64,000 nucleotides of DNA from Longimicrobium sp. Its GTDB lineage: Bacteria; Gemmatimonadota; Gemmatimonadetes; Longimicrobiales; Longimicrobiaceae. Made by a program: the position numbers and the translations under genes. The stretch is from contig NZ_JBMDXM010000289.1 of the NCBI RefSeq assembly GCF_048594345.1, positions 456 to 64,455 of the forward strand, written 5' to 3'. Positions 9,237-16,853 of the stretch are shown one piece after another. Below the pieces are notes generated by a model. It was given only the letters and a program-made list of their open reading frames with translations, was not told the DNA's origin and did not search any database. Every line of letters begins with the position of its first letter. Within the stretch, counting starts at the first letter, position 1.

Positions 9237-9265
9237 GGAGCCCGCCGGACCAGCCGGCGGGCTCC
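9237..9265. terminator. hairpin between convergent genes
   Basis: GGAGCCCGCCGG-ACCAG-CCGGCGGGCTCC, 12-bp perfect stem. Confidence 0.6.
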
Positions 9266-9360
9266 TTCGTTCGCACGTGTTGCGCGATCCGCCTCCTCGC
9301 GCGGCCGTTCTACCGGCGCGCGTCGGAGTGCGTGCTCAGCGCGTTGCGCCGCGGGTGGCG

Positions 9361-10653
9361 TCACCAGTTGAAGGTGACGCCGATGACGCTCATCTTGCCC
9401 GCGACGATCGGCGCCCACTGGCCGTTCCACGTGCCGTTGTAGCTTGCCGCGACAACCGGGCCCTTGGTCTGGGCGTCGTCGTTGCTCCAGATCGGCCCCG
9501 CCGGCACGTCCATCGTAAAGCTGACGCCGCCGCTGCCGCTGGCGGGTGCCGGGAACTCGACGCCGACGGTGCTCATCACCGAGCTGACCGCCGTACTCCA
9601 CTGGCCGTTCCACGTGCCGCCGTGAGCCGCGGCGACGATCGGCGCCTTGGTCTGCGCGTCATCGTTGCTCTCGATCGGGCCCGCGGGAATGCTCACGGCG
9701 AACGTGTTGCTCGTGCTTGCGGACGGGCTCGCCGAAGGGCTCTGCCCGCCCAGGCCGTTCACGATCGCGTTCGCGTAGTCCACCGGGTACGTGGCGCCCC
9801 CGCACGACGGGCTGTTCGCGCTCTCGTACTGAAACAGGTCGCCGCTGTTCCACAGAAAGCCGCCGGTGATGCCGCTCCCGCTGAGCCCCTGGAAGGTGCT
9901 CTGGAGGTCCGAAGGGCACGTGGTGCCCTCCCCGCCGGTGACCCAGTAGCCGGGCACCACAAAGGCGCCGGAGTCGGCGATGCCCGCGTCCGCGAGGTTT
10001 ACGGCGGTGATCCAGTCGAGGGGGTCGTTGCCCGCGCCGCCGGCGTAGCACTGCAGGTTGAGCCACTGCACGGGCTGCACGTTGCCGTTCAGCTGGTACA
10101 ACTGCTGGAGGCAGTACGTCCAGAACGGAATGTTCTCGTACGGGGAGTAGGTGACGCCCACGCCCAGGCTGCTCACCTTCATCGTGAGGTCGATGATCAT
10201 CGCTGCCTCCGCGGGCGTATACGCCGGCTTGATCAGCTTCCCCGTCGGGTCGTACTGCGCCTGTGGCTCGTAATCAAAGTCGACGGCGGTGACGGGGAAG
10301 GCGGCGCAGAGGGCTTGCAGGTTCTTTGCGCCTGCCGTGTCCCACGTTGCCTGCAGGTTCACGAAGTCGCTCGCCGTTCCCCATGCGCCCACCGACAGCA
10401 GGATCTCGCTGACGCCGCCCGACACCAGGGCGTTTACGTTGTCGGCGAAGTCGGAGCCGAGCTGCAGCTTGCCTCCGCTCACCATGGGGGTGTCGTTGTA
10501 GTAGAAATCGCCGTTCGCCTGAACGTGGATCGACCACAGAAGGACGGTGGTAAAGCCTCCCTTCGTGAGCTGGGTGATCTGCTCCGCATAGGAAGGCGAG
10601 GGGTTCGTCTCGTTGAAGAGCCCCGTTCCATAAAGTCCGACGCGAGTGCTCAT
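9361..10653 (-). CDS. GH18-like glycoside hydrolase fused to two MVL-type mannan-binding lectin repeats
   Basis: N-terminal ~300 aa with LLSVGAWG, AVDFDYE (DxDxE), LQCYAGG, GGFLW; C-terminal 2x PAGPI(W/E)SNDDAQ..NGQW repeats. Confidence 0.8.
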   Translation of the reverse strand: MSTRVGLYGTGLFNETNPSPSYAEQITQLTKGGFTTVLLWSIHVQANGDFYYNDTPMVSGGKLQLGSDFADNVNALVSGGVSEILLSVGAWGTASDFVNLQATWDTAGAKNLQALCAAFPVTAVDFDYEPQAQYDPTGKLIKPAYTPAEAAMIIDLTMKVSSLGVGVTYSPYENIPFWTYCLQQLYQLNGNVQPVQWLNLQCYAGGAGNDPLDWITAVNLADAGIADSGAFVVPGYWVTGGEGTTCPSDLQSTFQGLSGSGITGGFLWNSGDLFQYESANSPSCGGATYPVDYANAIVNGLGGQSPSASPSASTSNTFAVSIPAGPIESNDDAQTKAPIVAAAHGGTWNGQWSTAVSSVMSTVGVEFPAPASGSGGVSFTMDVPAGPIWSNDDAQTKGPVVAASYNGTWNGQWAPIVAGKMSVIGVTFNW

Positions 10654-10841
10654 GATCGGGGATCATCCTTTCCAGGATTCCGGGATTCCGGGATATTATC
10701 CGAGGAGGGGATACGGTGTGACGACAAGCCGCGATTGGGCTGTCGAGGGGGGCGCAGGTGGGCCCCGGGCGCATCCCGTACCCGGCACCCCTCTCGCCTG
10801 CATGCAACCGGGTTCACACCCCGGTGCTCGCGCCGCGCCGT

Positions 10842-10880
10842 GGGTGCACGTGCCGGGCACCGCGCCCGGCACGTGCACCC
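10842..10880. repeat. perfect 17-bp-stem hairpin between lectin and GH18 genes
   Basis: GGGTGCACGTGCCGGGC-ACCGC-GCCCGGCACGTGCACCC. Confidence 0.8.
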
Positions 10881-10955
10881 GATCCGCTTTCCGCCGGGCG
10901 GCCTTTCTCCTGTCGTGCTGGAGGGCTTGCCCAGGGCGTTACGCGGGTGGCGGTG

Positions 10956-11309
10956 TCACCAGTGGAAGGTGACGCCGATGACGCTCATCGCGCCCTCGAC
11001 GGTGGTCGTCCACTGGCCGTTCCACGTGCCGTTGTAGCTGGCCGCCACGATGGGGCCCTTGGTCTGGGCATCCTCGTTGTTCCAGATCGGCCCCGCCGGC
11101 ACGTCCATGGTAAACGTGACGCCGCCGCTGCCGTTGGCGGGCGCCGGGAACTCCACGTCGACGGTGCTCATCACCGAATCGACCACCGTCCGCCACTGGC
11201 CGTTCCACTTGCCGCCGTGGGCCGCGGCGACGATCGGCGCCTTGGTCTGGGCGTCGTCGTTGCTCCAGATCGGGCCCGCGGGGATGCTCACCGTGAATGA
11301 GCTGCTCAT
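10956..11309 (-). CDS. MVL-family mannan-binding lectin (two repeats, 117 aa)
   Basis: 2x PAGPIWxNxDAQxKxPIVAAxxxGxWNGQWxT repeats matching the Microcystis viridis lectin pattern; AAGGAG RBS before ATG 11309. Confidence 0.85.
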   Translation of the reverse strand: MSSSFTVSIPAGPIWSNDDAQTKAPIVAAAHGGKWNGQWRTVVDSVMSTVDVEFPAPANGSGGVTFTMDVPAGPIWNNEDAQTKGPIVAASYNGTWNGQWTTTVEGAMSVIGVTFHW

Positions 11310-11620
11310 GGTTCCGAACTCCTTGCATGATGTTTTGGGCCTTCGCCCGTCCATCCGCACCTCATTGTGCGGGTGGGTGTCACGCGTGGCGGGGAAAGCT
11401 CCCCGCCTCCGACTGTGACGGCCCCATTCAAGGCATGGCCCGTTCCACACGCCGCCCGGCAACGGCGCCACAATGTTGCGGTGCGTGCAAGTGCTTTTCT
11501 GGTATGCGTTTGCGGGTGCGGGCCGGCTGCAGGCAGTTGCTTCTTTCGGGCAGGGTTTTGTGCGGGGAGAGTGCACACTGGCGAGCAGATGTAATGTTTC
11601 GATGTAACGTCGTGAAAGGA

Positions 11621-11650
11621 TTGACTAACGCACCTCTTCCATTGTACTCT
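11621..11650 (+). promoter_or_regulatory. possible sigma70 promoter for the DyP pair
   Basis: TTGACT-N18-TACTCT in a lower-GC divergent intergenic region. Confidence 0.35.
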
Positions 11651-11741
11651 GTTACCGGATTCCGGAGCACGAGATCCTCACGCCCGGTCCTCTCCCGCAG
11701 GTTTTGACTCACCCATCTTTCCGATTCGGAGAACCCCCAGA

Positions 11742-12209
11742 ATGGCCAATCCGCTCACCCTCCTGATGCCCATCATCCCCGGCACCAGCCCCCTGGCGAT
11801 CGGCGCCGCGCTGGCGAAGTACAACGCCGAGATCAACAGTGCGCTCACCTCCATCGGCACGGTGCACTACGCCCGCTTTCTGCTGCTGGACCGGTCCGTC
11901 CCCAATCTTCAGCCCAACCTTGCCCCCGGCGCCCCGGCGTCCAACGAGCTGGTGCTGGCGGTGATCACGGAGTACGACGGCAGCTTCCAGGCGTACATCG
12001 GCGACTTCGTGGCGCAGATCGGCGACGTGTTCAACGCGCTGCTGCAGTTCGTGGTGGGCGGCGCGGCCGTCACCCCCGTCCAGAGCAACGTCGCCGCGTT
12101 CTCCGCGTTCGTCTCGGCGAACGACGCGTCGGAGCACCAGCCCAACGAAGGGCTGTACTCGGCGTATCCGCAGACGGTGCAGCAGATCATCGCCGCCTTC
12201 GACGTCTGA
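11742..12209 (+). CDS. small DyP-associated hypothetical protein
   Basis: 155 aa, IGTVHYARF and ITEYDGSFQAYIGDF motifs resembling small proteins often encoded beside DyP genes; coherent codon usage. Confidence 0.7.
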   Translation: MANPLTLLMPIIPGTSPLAIGAALAKYNAEINSALTSIGTVHYARFLLLDRSVPNLQPNLAPGAPASNELVLAVITEYDGSFQAYIGDFVAQIGDVFNALLQFVVGGAAVTPVQSNVAAFSAFVSANDASEHQPNEGLYSAYPQTVQQIIAAFDV

Positions 12210-12273
12210 AGCGGCCCGGCGGGAGCGTGCGCACCCGGTGTGCGCTCCCTCTCCTCCCACCGTCCCTCCCTTC

Positions 12274-13692
12274 ATGGCGACAACCCCCGAGATCGACTAC
12301 AACGACGTGCAGGGCACCATCCTGCGCGGCTATCGCGTTGACCTGGCCCGCCACTTCATCCTGCAGATCACCGATGCGGCGGCTGCGGGCGTGTTCATCG
12401 GCAACCTGGTGAACGGCACCGGCGGCGTACCCCGGATCACCCGGGCGCGGCGCTGGAAAGACAAGCCGGATTGCTTCGTCAACATCTCCTTTACCGCGCC
12501 CGGGCTGGCGGCGCTGGGGGTCACGGAGACGGAGCTCGCGACCTTCGATCCCGCCTTTGTCGCCGGCGCCACGGACGCCGCGGTGGCCACCGCGGTGGGC
12601 GACACGGGCTCCAGCGCGCCGGAGTGCTGGCTGGGCGGCATGCAGACCTGGCAGAACGCGCACGTGGTGCTGAGCCTGTGGGTGCACGAGGACGCGGCGG
12701 TGCTGGAAAGCCAGAGCGCCAGCCTGCGGGCGGGGTTCGCGGCGGGGATGAAGGAACTGCTCTTTCACGACGCCACGGCACTGCCCGACAACCACGTGCA
12801 CTTTGGCTACCGCGACAACATCGCGCAGCCCACGGTGATCGGTGCGCCGCCGCGCAAGCACGACATCCCCGACGACCAGCCGCCCGTGCCCACCGGTGAG
12901 TTTCTGCTGGGCTATCCCAACGCGTCCGGCTACGCTTATACCGTGACGCCGCAGCAGCTTTCCACCAACAGCAGCTACGCCGCGTTCCGCATCCTGGACC
13001 AGGACGTCGTGGGTTTCGAGGAGTTTCTTCAGACGTACGCGCCGCGGGCGGGCGTGGACCCGGAGATGCTGGCGGCCAAGGTGTGCGGCCGGTGGCGCAA
13101 CGGGAACCCGCTGGAGCTGATGCCCACCGAGCCCGGCACGGTGCTCCCCACGGACCAGCTGAACGACTTCACCTACGTCGCCGCCACCGTGCCGCCGGAC
13201 GACACGCTGGGCCTCAAGTGCCCCATCGGCTCGCACATCCGGCGCACCAACCCGCGCAACATGCTGGTGACGGGTACCGACAGCACACACCACCGCATCA
13301 CGCGCCGCGCCATGCCGTACGGCCCGGCGTACGACCCCGCCAACCCGGTCGACGTGCCGCGCGGGCTGATCGGCTACTTCATCAACGCAAGCGTGTTCAA
13401 CCAGTTCCAGTTCATCCAGGGGCAGTGGGCGCTCAAAGCCACCTTCGTAAAGTCGGCCAAGTCGCCGGGTGGCCAGCCGCCGGGCAACGCGGTCAACAAC
13501 ATCAGCGGCGAGGATGTGTTCCTGGGCGTCAACGACCCGTCCACCAGCTCGTTCACGCTGCCGGAGGAGCCGTCCAACCAGAAGGTCACCGGCTTTTCGC
13601 GGATGATCACCACCCGCGGCGGGGCCTACGTCTTCTTTCCCAGCATCACGGGCCTGAACTACCTCTCCACGCTTCCCGCCTCCACGACGTAA
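12274..13692 (+). CDS. DyP-type (dye-decolourising) heme peroxidase
   Basis: HFGYRDNIAQP (GxxDG-like), GEFLLGY, GSHIRRTNPR (proximal His), HRITRRAMPYG (distal Arg); no signal peptide. Confidence 0.9.
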   Translation: MATTPEIDYNDVQGTILRGYRVDLARHFILQITDAAAAGVFIGNLVNGTGGVPRITRARRWKDKPDCFVNISFTAPGLAALGVTETELATFDPAFVAGATDAAVATAVGDTGSSAPECWLGGMQTWQNAHVVLSLWVHEDAAVLESQSASLRAGFAAGMKELLFHDATALPDNHVHFGYRDNIAQPTVIGAPPRKHDIPDDQPPVPTGEFLLGYPNASGYAYTVTPQQLSTNSSYAAFRILDQDVVGFEEFLQTYAPRAGVDPEMLAAKVCGRWRNGNPLELMPTEPGTVLPTDQLNDFTYVAATVPPDDTLGLKCPIGSHIRRTNPRNMLVTGTDSTHHRITRRAMPYGPAYDPANPVDVPRGLIGYFINASVFNQFQFIQGQWALKATFVKSAKSPGGQPPGNAVNNISGEDVFLGVNDPSTSSFTLPEEPSNQKVTGFSRMITTRGGAYVFFPSITGLNYLSTLPASTT

Positions 13693-13721
13693 CGATCGTC
13701 AGCTGGATTGATGGGGCCGGA

Positions 13722-13848
13722 TGGATGGCGGTTCGATGCAGCCGGATGGATGGCGGTTCGATGGATCGGATTGAGGGGGCCGGGTTGATGTGCCGAATGA
13801 ATGGCAGTGCCCATGATGACGAGCGGCGCCGATCCGGATCGGCGCCGC
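13722..13848. repeat. tandem GGATGGATGGCGGTTCGATG repeat and 26-bp perfect palindrome
   Basis: two copies of GCCGGATGGATGGCGGTTCGATG; GCGGCGCCGATCCGGATCGGCGCCGC at 13823-13848. Confidence 0.7.
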
Positions 13849-13975
13849 TGTCGTTGTTGAACCGCATCTTCCCCCCTGTCCGGTACCGTCCGCATATTCC
13901 CCTCGCGAGCACCGGAACCCGGTATCCTCTCCGTTGACTCCGTGTACGGCCCATCCTTCTTCGTCGATCGGTCGA

Positions 13976-15100
13976 ATGCCCGCGAAGACCGCGGCCTCAT
14001 CCGAAGTGCTCGCCAACCGCGTCCTGAACCGGGCGCTGCTGGAGCGGCAGATGCTGCTTGGGCGCGTGCCCGTTTCCGTGGAAGACGCGCTGGAGCGGCT
14101 GGTGGGGATGCAGGCGCAGGCGCCCGATCCGCCGTACCTGGGGCTGTGGACGCGGCTGAAGGGCTTTCGCCTGGAGGACCTGTCGACGCTGATCCGTGGG
14201 CGGAAGGCGGTGCGCATCGCGTTGATGCGGTCCACGCTCTTCCTCGTCACGGCGCGCGACTGCCTGGCGCTGCGGCCGGTGCTGGATGCGGCCCTGCGCG
14301 ACTGGGCTCTCGGCGTGCACGCCAGGGGGCTGGCGGGGGTGGATCTGGACGCGCTGGCAAAGGCCGGGCGCGCGCTGGCTAAGGAGCAGCCGCGCACCTT
14401 CCACGAGCTGGGCCAGCTGCTGGGGAAGCGCTGGCCCGGCGCGGATCCGTCCGCGCTGGGCAACATGGTGCGCAACCTGGTTCCGCTGGTGCAGGTGCCC
14501 CCGCGCGGCATCTGGGGCGAGGGCGGCCCCGCCGCGCACACCACCGCCGAAGCGTGGCTCGGCCAGCCGCTGAGCCCGGAGCCCTCCGTGGACACCATGG
14601 TGCTGCGCTACCTGGCCGCCTTTGGTCCCGCAACCGCGCGCGACGTGCAGCACTGGTGCGGCCTCAAGCGCCTGGGCCAGGTGCTGGACCGGCTGCGTCC
14701 GCGCCTGCGCACCTTCCGCAGCGAGGCCGGCGCCGAGCTGTTCGACCTGCCCGACGCCCCGCGCCCGGACGCCGACGTCCCCGCGCCGGTGCGTCTGCTC
14801 CCCGAGTTCGACAACGTGCTGCTTTCCCACGCCGACCGCGCCCGCGTCATCAGCGAAGAGCGCCGCAAGCGGGTGTTCACCGTCAACGGCATCATCCGCC
14901 CCACCGTCCTGGTCGACGGGATGGTGCGGGGGATGTGGAAGATGGATCGAAGCCGCGGCGCCGCGACGCTCCTCATCTCCCCCTTCGAACCGCTGGCGGC
15001 CGCCGATCGCGCGGCGCTGGAGAAGGAGGCGATGGCGCTTCTCCGCTTCGCCCACGCCGACGCGAGCGATTACGACGTGCGATTCGGCCCGCCGGCGTGA
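13976..15100 (+). CDS. winged-helix DNA glycosylase, AlkZ/YcaQ family
   Basis: LNRALLERQMLL, GMQAQ (QxQ), YLGLWTRL, MRSTLFLV, RLLPEFDNVLLSH. Confidence 0.85.
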   Translation: MPAKTAASSEVLANRVLNRALLERQMLLGRVPVSVEDALERLVGMQAQAPDPPYLGLWTRLKGFRLEDLSTLIRGRKAVRIALMRSTLFLVTARDCLALRPVLDAALRDWALGVHARGLAGVDLDALAKAGRALAKEQPRTFHELGQLLGKRWPGADPSALGNMVRNLVPLVQVPPRGIWGEGGPAAHTTAEAWLGQPLSPEPSVDTMVLRYLAAFGPATARDVQHWCGLKRLGQVLDRLRPRLRTFRSEAGAELFDLPDAPRPDADVPAPVRLLPEFDNVLLSHADRARVISEERRKRVFTVNGIIRPTVLVDGMVRGMWKMDRSRGAATLLISPFEPLAAADRAALEKEAMALLRFAHADASDYDVRFGPPA

Positions 15101-15192
15101 TCCCGCCGCGCAGCCGCTTGCGGGAGGTGGCGGCGCAAACCAGCTTGGGACACGATCGTTCGCTACACGACCCGTCCCGATCCATCGTTGCC

Positions 15193-16584
15193 ATGATCCT
15201 GTCCAGCCCCTCCCTTCGCGCGGCGTTCGCCGCCTGCGCACTGGTCCTCGCTGGCGCGTGCGTGCCCGGCCGCGCCTCCACCGGTTCAACGCCGGAGCCG
15301 GAGCCGGGGACAACGCTGGAGCCGCGCGCGTGGACCGCGCAGTCCCCCGCGCCCGAGATCGCCGCCTGGGTTCAGGCGGGGTGCCGGCGCGCGCCGGGGG
15401 GCGCGGACGCGTGCGTGGAGCGCGCGCTGACCGGGCTGCTGGACCAGGCGGGCGTCGCCAAGAGCATGGAAGTGCTCGACACGCTGGCCCTGCGCGAAGA
15501 CGGCGTGCGCGATGATGCGCACGCGCTGGCGCACGGGCTGGGCATCTACGCCTATCGCTCGCCGGAGACGATGGCGCAAACGTTCGTCGCCTGCCCCACG
15601 TCGCAGATGTCCGGGTGCTACCACGGCGTCATCCAGGGCTACTTTCTGGACCTGGGCAGGCAGGGCAAGCCCGTGGGCACGGTGGAAGTGGATGCGCTGT
15701 GCGCGCCGCACACGGGGGAGCAGTTCATCTACTTCCATTGCGCGCACGGGATGGGGCACGGGCTGATGGCGCTGCACCAGAACCACCTGCCCACGGCGCT
15801 GCAGGGGTGCGACCTGGTCACCAGCGATTTCATCCGGGAAAGCTGCTACGGCGGCGCCTTCATGGAGAACGCCATCCAGGCCACGCACCCCCACCACACC
15901 GCCGCCGGCCACGCGCAGACGCAGGAGGCCGCGGGATCGCACGCCTCGGCGGACGCGCACGGGGGGCACGGCGCGCACGGCGGGGCCGATGCGCATGCGG
16001 GGCACGGGGCCGCGGGCGGCGCGCAGGCCATGCGGCACGGCGAGTGGCGCGCGCTGGACCGCGACGATCCGCTGTACCCGTGCAACGCCGTGGACGTAAA
16101 GTACCAGAGCGAATGCTACGGATTTCAGCCGTCGCCCATCATGTACTTCAACGGCGGCGACGTCGCGGCCACCGCGCGGGCGTGCGAGCAGGTGCCGGAG
16201 GCGTTCCAGGCCACCTGCTTCGGCAGCCTGGGCCGCGAGATCACCGCCTGGGCCGACCAGGACCACGCCCGCACGCTCGCCATGTGCGGCCGCGTCGGCG
16301 CGCTGGGGGGCGGCAAGGGAAAGGTGCTGTGCGAGGGCGGCGCCGTGGCCACCCTGATGAACCAGGCCGCCGACCCGCAGGACGGCATCCGCTTCTGCCA
16401 CGCCGTGCAGGGCGCGGAGGCCAAGGAAACCTGCTACGCGCGCGTCGGCGGCTTCACCATCACGCTCATCGGCAACGACGTGCAGGCCCGCGCGCGCCAC
16501 TGCGCCGCCGCCGAGCCGGGGTTCGTCGCCACCTGCCGCCGCGCGGCGGAGGTCGATCCGCCGACGCAGCGGGCGGACAGGTAG
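15193..16584 (+). CDS. Cys/His-rich lipoprotein of unknown function (paralogue 1)
   Basis: lipobox VLAGAC; HALAHGLG, GCYHG, CAHGMGHG, CYGGAFMEN; His-rich insert. Confidence 0.8.
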   Translation: MILSSPSLRAAFAACALVLAGACVPGRASTGSTPEPEPGTTLEPRAWTAQSPAPEIAAWVQAGCRRAPGGADACVERALTGLLDQAGVAKSMEVLDTLALREDGVRDDAHALAHGLGIYAYRSPETMAQTFVACPTSQMSGCYHGVIQGYFLDLGRQGKPVGTVEVDALCAPHTGEQFIYFHCAHGMGHGLMALHQNHLPTALQGCDLVTSDFIRESCYGGAFMENAIQATHPHHTAAGHAQTQEAAGSHASADAHGGHGAHGGADAHAGHGAAGGAQAMRHGEWRALDRDDPLYPCNAVDVKYQSECYGFQPSPIMYFNGGDVAATARACEQVPEAFQATCFGSLGREITAWADQDHARTLAMCGRVGALGGGKGKVLCEGGAVATLMNQAADPQDGIRFCHAVQGAEAKETCYARVGGFTITLIGNDVQARARHCAAAEPGFVATCRRAAEVDPPTQRADR

Positions 16585-16647
16585 CCCGCATTCCGAGGGC
16601 GGGAAGACGACTACAGGAAACTGAGGTCAGGGTACAGAGGAACAGGC

Positions 16648-16702
16648 AACAGCCAGAGGAACAGAGGAGAGAAGGCGGATCACCTCTGTTCCTCTGGCTG
16701 TT
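16648..16702. repeat. 20-bp-stem hairpin repeat (family C)
   Basis: AACAGCCAGAGGAACAGAGG...CCTCTGTTCCTCTGGCTGTT; same arms at 35162-35215. Confidence 0.8.
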
Positions 16703-16853
16703 CTCCGTCCCTGTGTACCTTCCCGCTGTGGTTTGCCCGCGTCTGGGCATCATGCCAGCCCCGGCGCACGGTTGCGAATGCCCGCGCCCGGAGCCAATTT
16801 TGCGTGCGCCGGATGGATCGCTCCGGCCCAGATTCCCATCCAATCAGGCGACG

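Noticed and set aside
11310-11741. riboswitch in the lectin/DyP intergenic region
   Set aside because: Several short hairpins but no recognisable aptamer consensus; a covariance-model search would be needed
12274-13692. encapsulin cargo system
   Set aside because: No encapsulin gene in the window and no recognisable targeting peptide at the DyP C-terminus
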